Shown piece by piece: positions 15,270 to 30,272 of a stretch of 64,000 nucleotides of DNA (its first letter is position 1; every line of letters starts with the position of its first letter). The notes beneath the pieces were generated by a model. The model was given only the letters and a program-made list of their open reading frames with translations. It was not told where the DNA came from and ran no database searches. A program made the position numbers and the translations under genes. The stretch lies in contig OZ024757.1 in NCBI GenBank assembly GCA_964016885.1, positions 13,144,001-13,208,000 of the forward strand. The letters are read 5' to 3'. Origin of the DNA: Eledone cirrhosa. Taxonomy: Eukaryota.

Positions 15270-16810
15270 GCCTTAGACTTAAACTCTAACCCCAACCCTT
15301 AAACTTAGACTTAAACCAAAACCACAAGGCTTAGACTTAGATTTAAACCCCATCCACAAGCCTTAGACTTAGACTTACAGACAAACCCCTAGACTTAGAC
15401 GTAAACTTAAACCCCAACTCCAAGACTTAGACTTAGAATTAAACCCCAACCTCAAGCCTTAGACGTAGACACTAACCCCAAACCAAAGCCTTAGACATAG
15501 ACTTAAACCCCAACACCAAGATTTAGACATCGACATAAACCCCAACCACAAGCATTAGACTTAGAACTAAACCCCAACCCCAAGCCTTAGACTTAGACTT
15601 AAACCCCAACTCCAAGTCTTAGAATTAAACCATAACCACAAGTCTTAGACATAAACCCCAACCCCAAGCCTTAGACTTAGACTTAAACCCCAACCCCAAC
15701 CCTTAGATATAGATTTAAACCCCAACCCTAAGCCTTAGACTTAGACTTAAACCCCAACTCCTAGCCTTAGACGTAAACTTAATATTAGACTTAGACTTAA
15801 ACCCCAAACTCAAGCCTTAGACTTAGACTTGAACCCCAACTACCAGCTTTAGACTTAGACTTAAACGCCAAAACAAAGCCTTAGACTTAGACTTGAACAC
15901 CAACCCCAAGCCTTAGACTTAGACTTAAACCCCAACCACTAGTATTAGACTTAGAATTAAAGCCAACACCAAGGCTTAGACTTAAACCCAAAACCAAAGC
16001 CTTAGACATAGACTTAAAACCCAACCAAAAGCCTTACACTTAGACTTAAACCCCAACCACAAGCCGTAGACTTAGATTTAAACACCAACCCCCAGCCTCA
16101 GACTTAGACATAAAACCGAACACGAAGCCTTAAATTAGACTTAAACCCGAAATCCAAGCCTGAGACTTATATTTAAGCCCCAATCCCAAGCCTTAGACTT
16201 AGACTTAAACCCGAACCCCAAGCCTTAGACTTTAACGCCAACCCCAAGCCTTAAACTTAGACATAAACGCCGCCCCTAAAAGCCTTAGACTTAGACTTAA
16301 ACCCCTAAATCCAAGCCTTAGATTTAAACCCTAACACCAACCCTTAGACTTAAACCACAACACCAACCCTTAGACTTAGACTAAACCCCAACTCCTAGCC
16401 TTAGACGTAAACTTAATATTAGACTTAGACTTAAACCCTAACCTCAAGCCTTAGACTTAGACTTGAACCCCATCTACCAGCTATAGACTTAGACTTAAAC
16501 CCCAACCCCAAAGGTTAGACTTAGATTTGAACCCCAACTCCTAGCCTTAGACTTAGACTTAAACCCCAACCCCAAGCCTCAAACTTAGACTTAAACCCCA
16601 ACACTTAGACTTAAACCCCAACCTCAAGCATTAGACGTAGACTTAAACGCCAACACAAAGCCTTAGACTTAGACTTGAACACCAACCCCAAGCCTTAGAC
16701 TTACACTTAAACCCTGACACCAAGCCTTAGACTTAGATTTAAATACCAACCCCAGGCCTTTGACTTAGACTTAAACGACAACCCAAAGTCTTAGTCATAG
16801 ACAATCCCAA
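15270..16810 (+). repeat. Older diverged ~1.5-kb duplicate (partner ~20040-21440)
   Basis: Both copies share ordered markers CCCCATCCACAAG, CCGAACACGAAGCCTTAAATTAG, ACGCCGCCCC and ACTTAATATTAG. Offsets vary from ~4560 to 4770 because of monomer indels. Boundaries are approximate. Confidence 0.8.
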
Positions 16811-19800
16811 ACACCAAGCCTTAGATTTAGACTTAAACGCCAACCACTAGTATTAGACTTAGATTTAAACCCTAACTCCAAGCCTCAGAATTAAACCATA
16901 GCCACAAGTCTTAGACATAAACCCCAACCCTAAGCCTTAGACTTTGACTTAAACACCAACTCCTAGCCTTAGACTTAGACTTAAACCTCGACCCCCAAGC
17001 CTTAGACTTAGATTGAAATACCAACCCCATACCTTAGATTTAGACTAAACCCCCAACCCAAAGCTTTAGTCATAGACATAATCCCCAACACCAAGCCTTA
17101 GACTTAGACTTAAAAGCCAACCCATAACCTTAGACTTAGACTTAAAACCCAACCACAAGCCTTAGACTTAGACTTAAAGTTAAACCCAAAGACTTAGAAT
17201 TAAACTTAAACCCCAACCCGAAGTCTTAGTCTTAGACTTAAACCCGAACCCCAAGCCTTAACTTAGACTTAATCCCCAACATTTAGCTTTAGACTTAGCC
17301 TTGAAACCCAAGCCTTAGACATAGATTGAAACCGCAACTACAAGCCTTAGACTTAGACTTACACCCCAAGCCCAAATCTTAGACTTAGACTTGAACGCCA
17401 ACCACAAGCATAAAACAGACTTAAAGCCCAACCCCAAAACTTAAACTTAGATTTGAACCCAAATTCCCCAATTCCTAGCCTTAGACTTAGACTTAAACCA
17501 CAACCCCAAGCCCCAGGATTAGACTTAAAACCCAAACTTAAGCCTTAGACTTAGATTTATACCCCAAGCCATAGACAGATTTAAACCCCAACCTCAAGCC
17601 TTAGATGTAGACTTAAACCCCAACACAAAGCCTTAGACTTAGACTTGAACACCAATCCAAGGCTCAGAATTAAACCATAGCCACAAGCCTTAGACATCAA
17701 CTACAACCCCGAGCCTTAGACTTTGACTTAAACGCCAACTTCTAGCCTTATTCTTAAACTTAAACCCCAACCCCAGGCCTTAGATTTAGACTTAAACCAC
17801 AATCCAAAGCCTTAGTCATAGACATAATCCCCAACAACAAGCCTTAGACTTAGACTTAAACCACAACACCAAGCCTTAGACTTAGACTTAAACGCCAACC
17901 CCAAGCCTTAGATTTAGACTTAAACCCCAACCCGAAGTCTTAGACTTAGACTTAAACCCGAATCCCAAGCCTTGGACTGAGACTTAATCCCCAACATTAA
18001 GCTTTAGACTTAGACTTAAACCCCAAGCCTTAGAGATAGATTTAAACCGAAACCACAAGCCTTGGACTTAGACTTAGACCCAAGCCCAAGTCATAGATTT
18101 AGACTTGAAGATTAAGCTCAAGCTTTAGACTTAGACTTGAACCCCATCCACAAGCATAAGACTTAGACTTAAAGCCCAACCCCAAGACTTAAACCCCAAC
18201 AGCAAGCCTTAGACATAAATACCAACCCCAAGCCTTAGTCGTAGATTTAAACCTCTACACAAAGCCTTAGAATTAGACTTTAAACCCCAAACCGAAGCTT
18301 TAGACTTAAACTTAAACCCTAAGTCCAAGCCTTAGACTTAGACTTAAACCACAACCCCAAGCCTTAGACATAGACTTAAACCTCACCCCAAGCCTTAGAC
18401 GTAAACTTAAACCCCAACTCCAAGACAGACTTAGACTTAAACCCCAACCACAAAGCTTAGACGTAGACACTAACCCCAATCCAAAGCCTTAGACTTAGAA
18501 TTAAACCCCAAACCCAAGCCTTATACATAGACTTAAACCACAACCCCCAAGCCTTAGAATTAAACCATAACAACAAGACTTAGACTTAAAAAGTAACCCC
18601 AACCCGAAGCCTTAGGCCAACCCATAAACTTAAACCCCAACCCCAAGCCCTAGATTTAGACTTAAACTCCAACCCCAAGCCTTAGACATAGACTTAAACC
18701 CCAACCCCAAGCTTTAGACTTCGACACAAAACCCAACCACAAGCATTAGACTTAGACTTAAACCCCAACCCCAAGCCTTAAACTTAGACTTAAACCCCAA
18801 CATTAATCCTTAGACTTAGACTTAAACCCCAAGCCATAGATATAGATTTAAACCCCAACCCCAAGCATTAGACTTAGACTTGAACCCCATCCCCAAGCCT
18901 TAGTATTAAACAATAACCACAGTTTTAGACATAAACCCCAAACTCAAGCCTTAGAATTAGACTTAAACCCGTTCCCCAAACCCCAACCCCAAGCCTTAGA
19001 TTTAGACTTAAACTCAAACCTTAAGCCTTGGACTTAGACTTAAACCCTAAGACATAGACATAGATTTAAGCTCCAACTTCAAGCCTTAGACTTAGACTTA
19101 AACCCCAACCCCAAGCGTTAGTCGTAGAATTAAACCTCTACCCAAAACCTTAGAATTAGACTTAAACCCATAAACCGAATCTTTAGACTTAGACTTAAAC
19201 CACAACCCCAAGCCTTACACATACACTTAAACATCAACCCAAAACCTTAGATTTAGACTTAAACCCCAACCCCAAGCCTTAGACTTAGTCTTAAAGCCCA
19301 ACTCCAGGCCTTAAACTTAAACCCTAACCCCAAACCTTAAACTTAGACTTAAACCCCAACCTCCAAGGTTTAGACTTAGACTTAAACCCCAACCCCAAAG
19401 GTTAGACTTAGACTTACACCCCAACCCCTAGCCTTAGACGTAAACTTAAACACCAACTCAAAGACAGACTTAGATTAAACCCCAACCTCAAGCCTTAGAC
19501 GTAGACACTAACCCCAAATCAAAGCCTTAGACTTAGAATTAAACACCAACCCCAAGCCTTATACATAGACTTAAACCACAACCCCCAAGCCTTAGAATTA
19601 AATCCTAACAACCAGACATAGACTTAAACCCCAACCCCAAGCCTTAGACTTAGACTTACACCCCAATATTTGCCTTAGACTTAGACTTAAACAACAATCC
19701 CAAGTTTTAGAAGTAGACTTAAACCCCAAACTTAAGTCTTAGACTTAGATTTAAACCCCAAGCCATAGACATAGATTTAAACCCAACTTCAAGCCTTAGG

Positions 19801-20039
19801 CGTAGACTTAAACCCCAACACAAAGCCTTAGACTTAGACTTGAACACCAACCCCAAGCCTTAGAGTTAGACGTAAACCCCAACCACTAGCCTTAGACTTA
19901 GACATAAACCCCAACACCAAGCCTCAGAATTAAACCATAGCCACAAGCCTTAGACATAAACCCCTACCCTAAGCCTTAGACTTTGACTTAAACACCAACT
20001 CCTAGCCTTAGACTTAAACTTAAACCCCAACCACAAGCC

Positions 20040-21440
20040 TTAGACTTAAACTCTAACCCCAATCCTTAAACTTAGACTTAAACCCAAACCACAAGGCTTA
20101 GACTTAGATATAAACCCCATCCACAAGCCTTAGACTTAGACTTACACCCAAACCCCTAGACTTAGACGTAAACTTAAAACCCCAACTCCAAGACTTAGAC
20201 TTAGACTTAAACCCCAACCTCAAGCCTTAGACGTAGACACTAACCCAAAACCAAAGCCTTAGACATAGACTTAAACCCCAACACCAAGATTTAGACATCG
20301 ACATAAACCCCAACCACAAGCATTAGACTTAGAACTAAACCCCAACCCCAAGCCTTAGACTTAGACTTAAACCCCAACCCCAACCCTTAGATATAGATTT
20401 AAACCCCAACCCCAAGCCTTAGACTTAGACTTAAACCCCAACCCTTAGACATACACTGAAACCCCAATCCCAAAACATAGACTTAGATTTAAACATCAAC
20501 CACTAGCATTAGACTTAGAATTAAAGCCAACACCAAGGCTTAGACTTAAACCCAAAACCAATGCCTTAGACATAGACTTAAAACCCAACCACAAGCCTTA
20601 CACTTAGACTTAAACCCCAACCCCAAGCCGTAGACTTAGATTTAAACACCAACCCCCAGCCTCAGACTTAGACTTAAAGCCGAACACGAAGCCTTAAATT
20701 AGACTTAAACCCGAAATCCAAGCCTGAGACTTAGATTTAAGCCCCAATCCCAAGCCTTAGACTTAGACTTAAACCCGAACCCCAAGCCTTAGACTTTAAC
20801 GCCAACCCCAAGACTTAAACATAGACATAAACGCCGCCCCCCAAAGCCTTACACTTAGACTTAAACCCTTAAATCCAAGCCTTAGATTTAAACCCTAACA
20901 CCAACCCTTAGACTTAAACGACAAACCCAAGCCTTAGACGTAAAATTAAACCCCAACCCTAATCCTCAGACTTAGACTTAAACACCAACCCTTAGACTTA
21001 GACTAAACCCCAACTCCTAGCCTTAGACGTAAACTTAATATTAGACTTAGACTTAAACCCCAAACTCAAGCCTTAGACTTTGACTTGAACCCCAACTACC
21101 AGCTTTAGACTTAAACTTAAACCCCAACCGCAAAGGTTAGACTTAGATTTGAACCCCAACTCCTAGCCTTAGACTTAGACTTAAACCCCAACCACAAGCC
21201 TCAAAGTTAGACTTAAACCCCAACCCTTAGACTTAAACCCCAACCTCAAGCATTAGACGTAGACTTAAACGCCAACACAAAGCCTTAGACTTAGACTTGA
21301 ACACCAACCCAAGCCTTAGACTTACACTTAAACCTCGACCCCTAAGCCTTAGACTTAGATTTAAATACCAACCCCAGGCCTTTGACTTAGACTTAAACCA
21401 CAACCCAAAGTCTTAGTCATAGACATAATCCCAGACACCA
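20040..21440 (+). repeat. Older diverged duplicate of ~15270-16810
   Basis: Same ordered markers as the partner, e.g. CACGAAGCC at 16121 and 20685, CTAAACCCCAACTCCTAGCC at 16381 and 21003. Confidence 0.8.
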
Positions 21441-21915
21441 AGGATTATACTTAGACTTAAACGCCAAAACAAAGCCTTAGACTTAGACTTGAACACCAAC
21501 CCCAAGGATTAGACTTAGACTTAAACCCCAACCACTAGCATTAGACTTAGACTTCAACCTCGACCCCCAAGCCTTAGACTTAGATTTAAATACCAATCCC
21601 AGGCCTTAGTTTTAGACTTAACCCACAACCCAAAGCCTTAGTCATATACATAATCCCCAACACCAAGCCTTAGACTTAGACTTATACCCCAACTCTAAGC
21701 CTCAGAGTTAAACCATAACCAGAAGCCTTAGACATAAACCCCAACACCATGCATTAGACTTTGACTTAAACACAAATCCTAGCCATAGACTTAAACTTAA
21801 ACCCCAACCCCAAGCCTTAGACTTAGACTTAATCCTCGACCCCGAAGCCTTAGACTTAGATTTAAATACCAACACCAGGCCTTAGACGTAGACTTAAACC
21901 ACAACCCTAAGTCTT

Positions 21916-23270
21916 AGTCATAGACATAATCCCCAACACCAAACCTTAGACTTAGACTTAGACCTAAATCCAAAGCCTTAGAATTAAAATTAAACCCCAT
22001 CCCGAATCCTTAGACTTAGACTTAAACCCGAACCCCAAGCCTTAGACATAGACTTAAACTCCAACCCCAAGCTTTAGACATCGACATAAACCCCAACCAC
22101 AAGCATTAGACTTAGAACTAAACCCGAACCCCAAGTATTAGACTTAGACTTACATCCCGACATTAAGTCTTAGACTTAGATTTAAACCCCAAGCCATAGA
22201 CATAGATTTAAACCCCAACCTCAAGCCTTAGACGTAGACTTAAAACCCAACACAAAGCCTTAGACTTAGACTTGAACACCAACCCCAAGCCTTAGACTTA
22301 GACTTACACCTCGACCCCCAAGCTTTAGACTTAGATTAAATACCAATCCCAGGCCTTAGTTTTAGAATTAATCCTCAACCCAAAGCCTTAGTCATAGACA
22401 TAATCCCCAACACCAAGCCTTAGACTTAGACTTAAACCCCCAAACCAAGCCTTAGACTTAGACTTAAACGTCAACCCAAAGCCTTAGACATAGACTTAAA
22501 ACCCAACCACGAGCCTTAGACTTAGACTTAAACCTAAACTCAGAGCCTTAGAATTAAACTCAAACCCAACCCTAAGCCTTAGACTTAGACTTAAACCCGA
22601 ACCCCAAGCCTTAGACTTAGACTTAATACCTTACATTAAGCATTAGACTTAGACTTACACCCCAAGCACAAGTCTTAGACTTAGACTTGAACGCCAACCA
22701 CAAGCATAAGACTTATACTGAAACCCCAACCCCAAGCTTTAGATTTAGACGTAATCCCCAACTACAAGCCTTAGAATTAAACGATAAACACAAGCCATAG
22801 ACATAAACCCAAACGCCAAGCCTTAGACTTAGACTTAAACCCCAACACCAAGCCACAGACTTAGACTTAAACCCCAACCCTTAGACGTAAACTTAAACTT
22901 AGATATAGACTTAAACTCCAACCTCAAGTCTCAGACATAGACTTAAACCCCAACCCTTAGACTTAGACTTTAACCACAACCCCAAGCCTTAGACTTAGAT
23001 TTTAAACCCCAATCCCAATCCTGAGACTTAGAGTTAAACCCTAACCCCAAGCCTTAGACTTAAACACCAACTCCAAGCCTTAGACTTAGACTTAAACCCC
23101 AACCCCAAGTTTAGACTTTGACATAAAACCTAACCACAAGCCTTAGACTTAGATTTAAACCCCAAGCCATAGACATATATTTAAATCCCAACCTCAAGAC
23201 TTAGACGTAGACGTAAACCCTTACACAAAGCCTTAGTCTTAGACTTGAACACCAACCCCAAGCCTTAGAC
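21916..23270 (+). repeat. Near-identical dispersed duplicate, copy B of 1-1387
   Basis: Collinear with 1-1387. Identity ends after ...AAGCCTTAGAC at 1387/23270. Confidence 0.93.
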
Positions 23271-26200
23271 TTAGACTTAAATCCCAACCACTAGCATTAG
23301 AATTAGACTTAAACCCCAATCCAATGCTCAGAATTAAACCATAGCCACAAGTCTTAGACATAATCTTCAACCCCAAGCCTTAGACTTTGACTTAAACGCC
23401 AACTCCTAGCCTTAGTCTTAAACTTAAACCACAACCCTAAGCCTTAGTCATAGACATAATCCCCCAAACCAAGCCTTAGACTTAGACATAAACCCCAACA
23501 CGAAGCCTTAGACTTAGACTTAAACGCCAACCCAAAGCCCTAGACTTAGACTTAAAATACAACCACAAGCCTTAGATTTAGACTTGAAGATCAAGCTCAA
23601 GCGTTAGACTTAGACTTGAACCCCAACCACAAGCATAAGACCTAGACTTAAAACCCAACCCCAAGACTTAAACGCCAACACCAAGTCTTAGACATAAATA
23701 CCAATCCCAAGCCTTATACATAGACTTAAACAACAACCCCCAAGCCTTAGAATTAAACCCTAACAACAAGACTTAGACTTAAAACGTAACCCCAACTCCT
23801 ACCTTAGCCCAACCCGTAAACTTAAACCCCAACCCCAAGCCTTAGATTTAGACTTAAACCCCAACCCCAAGCCTTAGACATAGACTTAAACCCCAACCCA
23901 AGCTTTAGACATCGACATAAACCCCAACCACAAGCATTAGACTTAGACTTAAACCCCAACCCCAATCCTTAAACTTAGACTTAAACACCAACATTAAGCC
24001 TTAGACTTAGACTTAAACCTCAAGCCATGGACATAGATTTAAACTCCAACCTCAAGCCTTAGACTTAAATACCAACCCCAAGCCTTAGTCGTAGACTTAA
24101 ACCTCTACCTAAAGCTTTAGAATTAGACTTAAACCCCAAACCGAACTTTAGACTTAAACTTAAACCACAACCCCAAGCCTTAGACATAGACTTAAACCTC
24201 AACCCCAAGCCTTAGACTTAGACTTAAAGCCCAACTCCAGGCCTTAGACTTAAACCCTAACCCCAACCCTTAAACTTAGACTTAAAACCCAACCTCCAAG
24301 GCTTAGACTTAGACGTAAACCCAAACCCCAAAAGTTAGACTTAGACTTCCACCCCAACCCCTAGCCTTAGACGTAAACTTAAACCGCAACTCCAAGACAT
24401 ACTTAGACTTAAACCCCAACCTCAAGCCTTAGATTTAAACACCAACCCCAAGCCTTAGACTTAGACTTAAACCCTAACCCCAAGCTATAGACTTAGACGT
24501 AATCCCCAACTACAAGCCTTAGAATTGAACCATAAACACAAGCCTTAGACTTAAACCCAAACGACAAACCTCAGACTTAGATTTAAATGCCAACCCTTAG
24601 ATTTAGACTAAACACCAACCCCTAGCCTTAGACTTACACTTAAACACCAACCCCTAAAATTAGACTTAAATCCTAACCTCAAGCCTTAGACTTAGACTTA
24701 AACCCCAACCACAAGCCTTAGACTTAGATTTTAAACCCAAATCCCAATCCTGAGATTAAGATTAAACCCTAACCCCAAGTCTTAGACTTAAAGCCTAAGC
24801 TTTAGACTTAGAATTAAACTCCAACACAAAGACTTAGACCCCAACTCCAACCCCAAGCATTAGATATAGGCTTAAACCTTAACCCCAAGCCTTAGACTTA
24901 GACGTAAACACCAACCACAAGCCTTAGACATAGACTTAAACCTCAACCCAAAGCTTAGACTTAGACTTAAACCCCAACTCCAAGCCTTATACTTAGAATT
25001 AAACCCCAACCCCATGCCTTAGATTTAGACTTACATCCCAACCCCTTACCTTAGACGTAAACTTAAACCCAAACTCCAAGACTTAGATTTAGATTGAAAA
25101 CCCAACCTCAAGCCTTAGGCGTAGACACTAACTCTAAACCAAAGCCTTAGACTTAGAATTAAACCCCAACCCCAAGCCTTATACATAGACTTAAACCACA
25201 ACCCCAAACCTTAGAATTAAACCCTTATAACAAGCTTTAGACTTACAACCTAACCCCAACCCCAAGCCTTAGACTTAGACTTAAACCCCAACCCAAAGCC
25301 TTAGACTTAGACTTAAACCCCAAGCCCAAGCCTTAGACTTACACTTACACCCCAATCCCAAACCTTAGACATAGACTTACACCCCAACCCCAAGTTTAGA
25401 CTTCGACATAAAACCCAACCACAAGCCTTAGACTTAGATTTAAACCCCAAGCCATAGACATAGGTTTAAACCATAACCACAAGCCTTAGACGTAGACTTA
25501 AACTCCAACCCCAAGCCTTAGACTTAGACTTAAACCCCAACCATTAGCATTAGAGTTTGACTTAAACACGAACTCCTAGCCTTAGACTTAAACTTAAACC
25601 CCAACACCGAGCCTTAGATTTAGACTTAATCCTCGACCCCCAAGCCTTAGAATTAGATATAAATACCAACCCCTGGCCTTAGACTTAGACTTAAACCACA
25701 ATCCAAAGCCTTAGTCATAGACATAATCCCCAACACCCAGCCTTAGTGTTAGGCTTAAACCTAAACCCAAAGCCTTAGAATTAAACTTAAACTCCATCCC
25801 GAAGCCTTAGCCTTAGACTTAAACCCGAAACCCAAGCCTTAGACTTAGACTTACACCCCAACATTAAGCCTTAGATTTGGAGTTAAACCCCAATCCCAAG
25901 CCTTAGAGGTAGACTTAGAGCCAAAACTTAAGCCTTAGACTTAGGCTTAAACCCCAACCCCAAGCCTTAGACTTAAACCCCAACCACAAGTCTTAGACTT
26001 AGACTTAAACCCCCAGCCCAAAACTTAGACTTAGACATAAACCCCAACCCCAAGCCTTAGACTTAAACTTAAACCTCAACACAAAGCTTTAGACTTAGAC
26101 TTAAACCGAACCCCAAGACTTAGACTTAGACTTAAAGACCAACCTAAAGCCTTAGACTTAGACTTAAAACCCAACCTCAAGCCTTAGACATATACTTGAA

Positions 26201-29200
26201 GCCAACCCCAGGCGTTAGACTTAGACTTAGACCCCACATCCAAGCCTTAGAATTAAACCCTAACCCCAAGCCTCAGACTTAAATCCTAACCAACCCTTAG
26301 ACTTAGACTTAATCCACAAACCCAAGCCTTAGACTTAGACTTAAACCCCAAACACAATACTTAGACTATGACTTAAACACGAACTCCAAATCTTAGAATT
26401 AGACGTAAACCCCAACGCCAAGCCTTAGACTTAGACTTAAACCCCAACCCCAAGCCTTAGACAGATATATGAACCCCAAACCCAAGCGTTAGACTTAGAC
26501 TTAAACCCAAAATCAAAGCCTTAGAATTAAACCGTAACCCCAAGCCTAAGACTTAAATCCTAAACCAACCCTTAGACTTAGACTTAAACCCCAACACCAA
26601 GCCTTAGAATTAAACCCCAACCCCAAGTCTTAGACTTAAATCCTAAACCAACTCTTAGACTTAGACTTAAACCACAAACACAGCCCTTAGACTTAGATAT
26701 ACACCCCAACCACACGACTTAGAGTTAGACATAATCCCGAACCCCAAGCCTTCGATTTAAACCCCAACCACAAGCCTTAGACATAGACTTCAACCCGAAC
26801 CCCAAGCCTTAGACTTAATTCCCAACCCTAAGCCTTAGACATAGATTTAATCCCCAACATTAAGCTTTAGACTTAGACTTAAAACCCAAGCCTTAAACAT
26901 AGGTTTTAACCACAACCACAAGCCTTAGACTTAGAGTTAAACCCCAAGCCCAACCTTAGACCTAGACTTGAACCCCAACCACAAGCATAAGACTTAGACT
27001 TAAACCACAACCACAAGACTTAGACTAAGACTTAAACCAGAACACCAAGCCTTAGACTTAAACCTCAACACAAAGCTTTAGACTTAGACTTAAACCCAAC
27101 CCCAAGACTTAGACTTTAACCTCACGCACTAGCATTAGACATAGACTTAAACCCCAACTCCAAGCCTTAGAATTAAACCATAACCACAAGTCGTAGACTT
27201 AAACCCAACACCAAGCCTTAGAGTTAGACTTAAACCCCAACCCCAACCCCAACCCTTAGAAATAGATTTAAACCCCAACACTAAGCCTTAGACTTATACT
27301 TAAACCCCAACCAAAAGACTTAGAATTAGACTTAAAACCCAACCACAAGCCTTAGACTTAGACTTAAACCCAAACCCAAAGCCTTAGAATTAAACTTAAA
27401 CCCAACCCCAAGCCTTAGACTTAAATCTTAAACCAACACTTAGACTTAGACTTAAACCACAGACCCAAGCCTTAGACTTAGATTTAATCCCCAACCTTAA
27501 GCCTTAGACATAGACTTAATCCCCAACATTTAGCTTTAGACTTAGACTTAAACCCCAAGCCTTAGACATTGATTTAAACCCCAACCACAATCATTAGACT
27601 TAAACCCCAAGTCCCACCTTAGAGTTGGACTTGAAGCCCAAGCGCAAGCGTTAGACTTAGACTTGAACCCCAAACACAAGCATAAGACTTGGACTTAAAC
27701 CCCAACCCCAACAACTTAGACTTAGACTTAAACCCCAACCCCAAGCCTTAGACTTAAACTTAAACCTTAACACAAAGCCTTAGACTTAGAATTATACCCC
27801 AACTCCAACACTTAGAATTAGACTTAAACCCCAACCCCAAGTCTTAGACTTAGACTTAAAGCCCAACCTAAAGCCTTAGACATATACTTGAACCCCAACC
27901 ACAAGCGTTAAACCACAAGACTTAAACCCAAAATCCAAGCCTTAGAATTAAACCCTAACCCCAACGCCAAGCCTTAGACTTAGATTTAATCCCCAATCTT
28001 AAGCTTTAGACTTAGACTTAAACCCCAAGCCTTAGACATAGATTTAAAGCCCAACCCTAAGCCTTAGACATAGACTTAAACTCAAACCACAAGACTTAAA
28101 ACCCAACCACAAGTTTTAGACTTAGACTTAAACCCAAACCCAAAGCCTGAGAATTAAACTTAAACCCCAAACACAAGCCGTAGACTTAGACTTAAACCCC
28201 AACCCTAAGTCTTAGACATATAATTGAACCCCAACCCCAAGCGTTAGACTTAGACTTAAACCCAACCACAAGCCTTAGACTTAGACTTAAACCCCAACCT
28301 TAGAGGTAGACTTAGACTTAAACCCCAAGCCCAACCCTATAGTTAGACTTGAAGCCCAAGCGCAAGCGTCGACTTAGACTTGAACCCCAACCACAAGCAT
28401 AAGACTTAGACTTAAACCCCAACTCCAAAACTTAGATTCAGACGTAAACCTCAACCCAGAGCCTTAGACTTAGACTTAAACCCCAACTCCGAGACTTAGA
28501 CTTAGATTTTAACCCCAACCTCAAGCCTTATACCCAGACACTAACCCCAAACCAAAGCATTAGACTTAGACATAAACCCCAACGCCAAGCCTTGGACTTT
28601 GACTTAAATACCAACTCCTAGCCTTAGACTTAAACTTAAACCCCAACCCAAGCCTTAGACTTAGACTTAATCCTCGAACCCCTAGCTTTAGACTTAGATT
28701 TAAATACCAACCCCAGGCCTTAGACTTAGACTTAAACCTAAAACCAAAGCCTTAGAATTAAACTTAAACCCGTACCCCAAGCCTTAGACTTAACTTTAAT
28801 CTCCAACATTAGCATTTAGACTTAGACTGAAACCCCAACCTCAATTCTTAGTCTTAGACTTAAACCCAAAACAAAAGCCTTAGAGATAGACTTAAGTCAC
28901 AACACCAAGCCTTAGACATAGACTTAAGCTCCAGCCACAAGCCTTACACATAGACTTAAACTCCAACCGCAAGCCTCAGACTTAGACTCAAACTCCAAAC
29001 CAAGCCTTAGACTTAGAATTAAGCCCCAACCCCAAGCCTTATACATAGACTTAAACCACAACTCCAAGTCTTAGAATTAAACCCTAATAACAAGCTTTAG
29101 ACTTAAACCTAACCCCAACCCCAAGCCTTAGCCCATCCCGTAAACTTAAACCCCAACCCAAAGCTTTAGACTTAGACTTAAACCCCAATCCCAAGCCTTA

Positions 29201-30272
29201 CACGTAGACTTAAACCCCCACCCCAAGCATTAGACTTAGATTTAAACACCAACCCCTTAGACTTAAACCCGAACACGAAGCCTTACAATTAGACTTAAAC
29301 CAGAAATCCAAGCATGAGATTTAGATTTAAGCCCCAATCCCAAGTCTTAGACTTAGATTTAAACCCGAACCCCAAGCCTTAGATATACTTAAACCACAAG
29401 CCTTAGACTTAGAATTTAAACCCCAATCCTAATCCTGAGACTTTAACTTAAAACCTAACCCCAAGCCTTAGACTTAAATCCTAAACCAACCGTTTGACTT
29501 AGACTTAAACCACAAACCCAAGCCTCAGACTTAGACTTAAACCCCAACCACAAGAATTAGATTTAGATTTAAACCCGACGCCCAAACCTTAGACTTAGAC
29601 TTAAACCCCAATCCCAATTCTTAGTCTTAGACTTAAATCCCCAAACCTAGCCTTAGACATAGACTTAAACTCCAACACCAAATCATAGACTTAGACTTAG
29701 ACTTAAAGCCAACAGCAAGCCTTAGACTTAAACCGTAACCCCAAGCCTTAGACTTAAACCCCAACCCTAAGCCTTAGACTTTAACCCCAACTGCAAGCTT
29801 TATACTTAGACTTAAATCCCAACCCCAAAGGTTAGACTTAGATTTGAACCTCAACTCCTAGCCTTAGACTTAAACCCGAACCCTAAGTCTTAGACTTAAA
29901 CCCCATCCCCAAGCCTTAGACTTAGACATAAAAGCCAAGCCAAAAGCGTTAGAATTAAATAATAACCACAAGCCGTAGACTTAAACCACAACCCCTAGTC
30001 TTAGATGTAAACTTAAACCCCAACCCTTAAACTTAGACTTAAACATAAACCCTAACCTCAAGCTTTAGACATAAAACCCAACACTAAGCCTTAGACTTAG
30101 TCTTAAATCCCAACTATAAGCCTTAGACTTATACTTGAACCCCAAATCCTAGCCTTAGACTTAAACTTAAACCCCAATCCAAAGACTTAGACTTAAACCC
30201 CAACCACAAGCCTCAGACTTAGACTTAAACCCCAACCCTTAGACTTAGACGTAAACTAAAACTTAGACTTAG

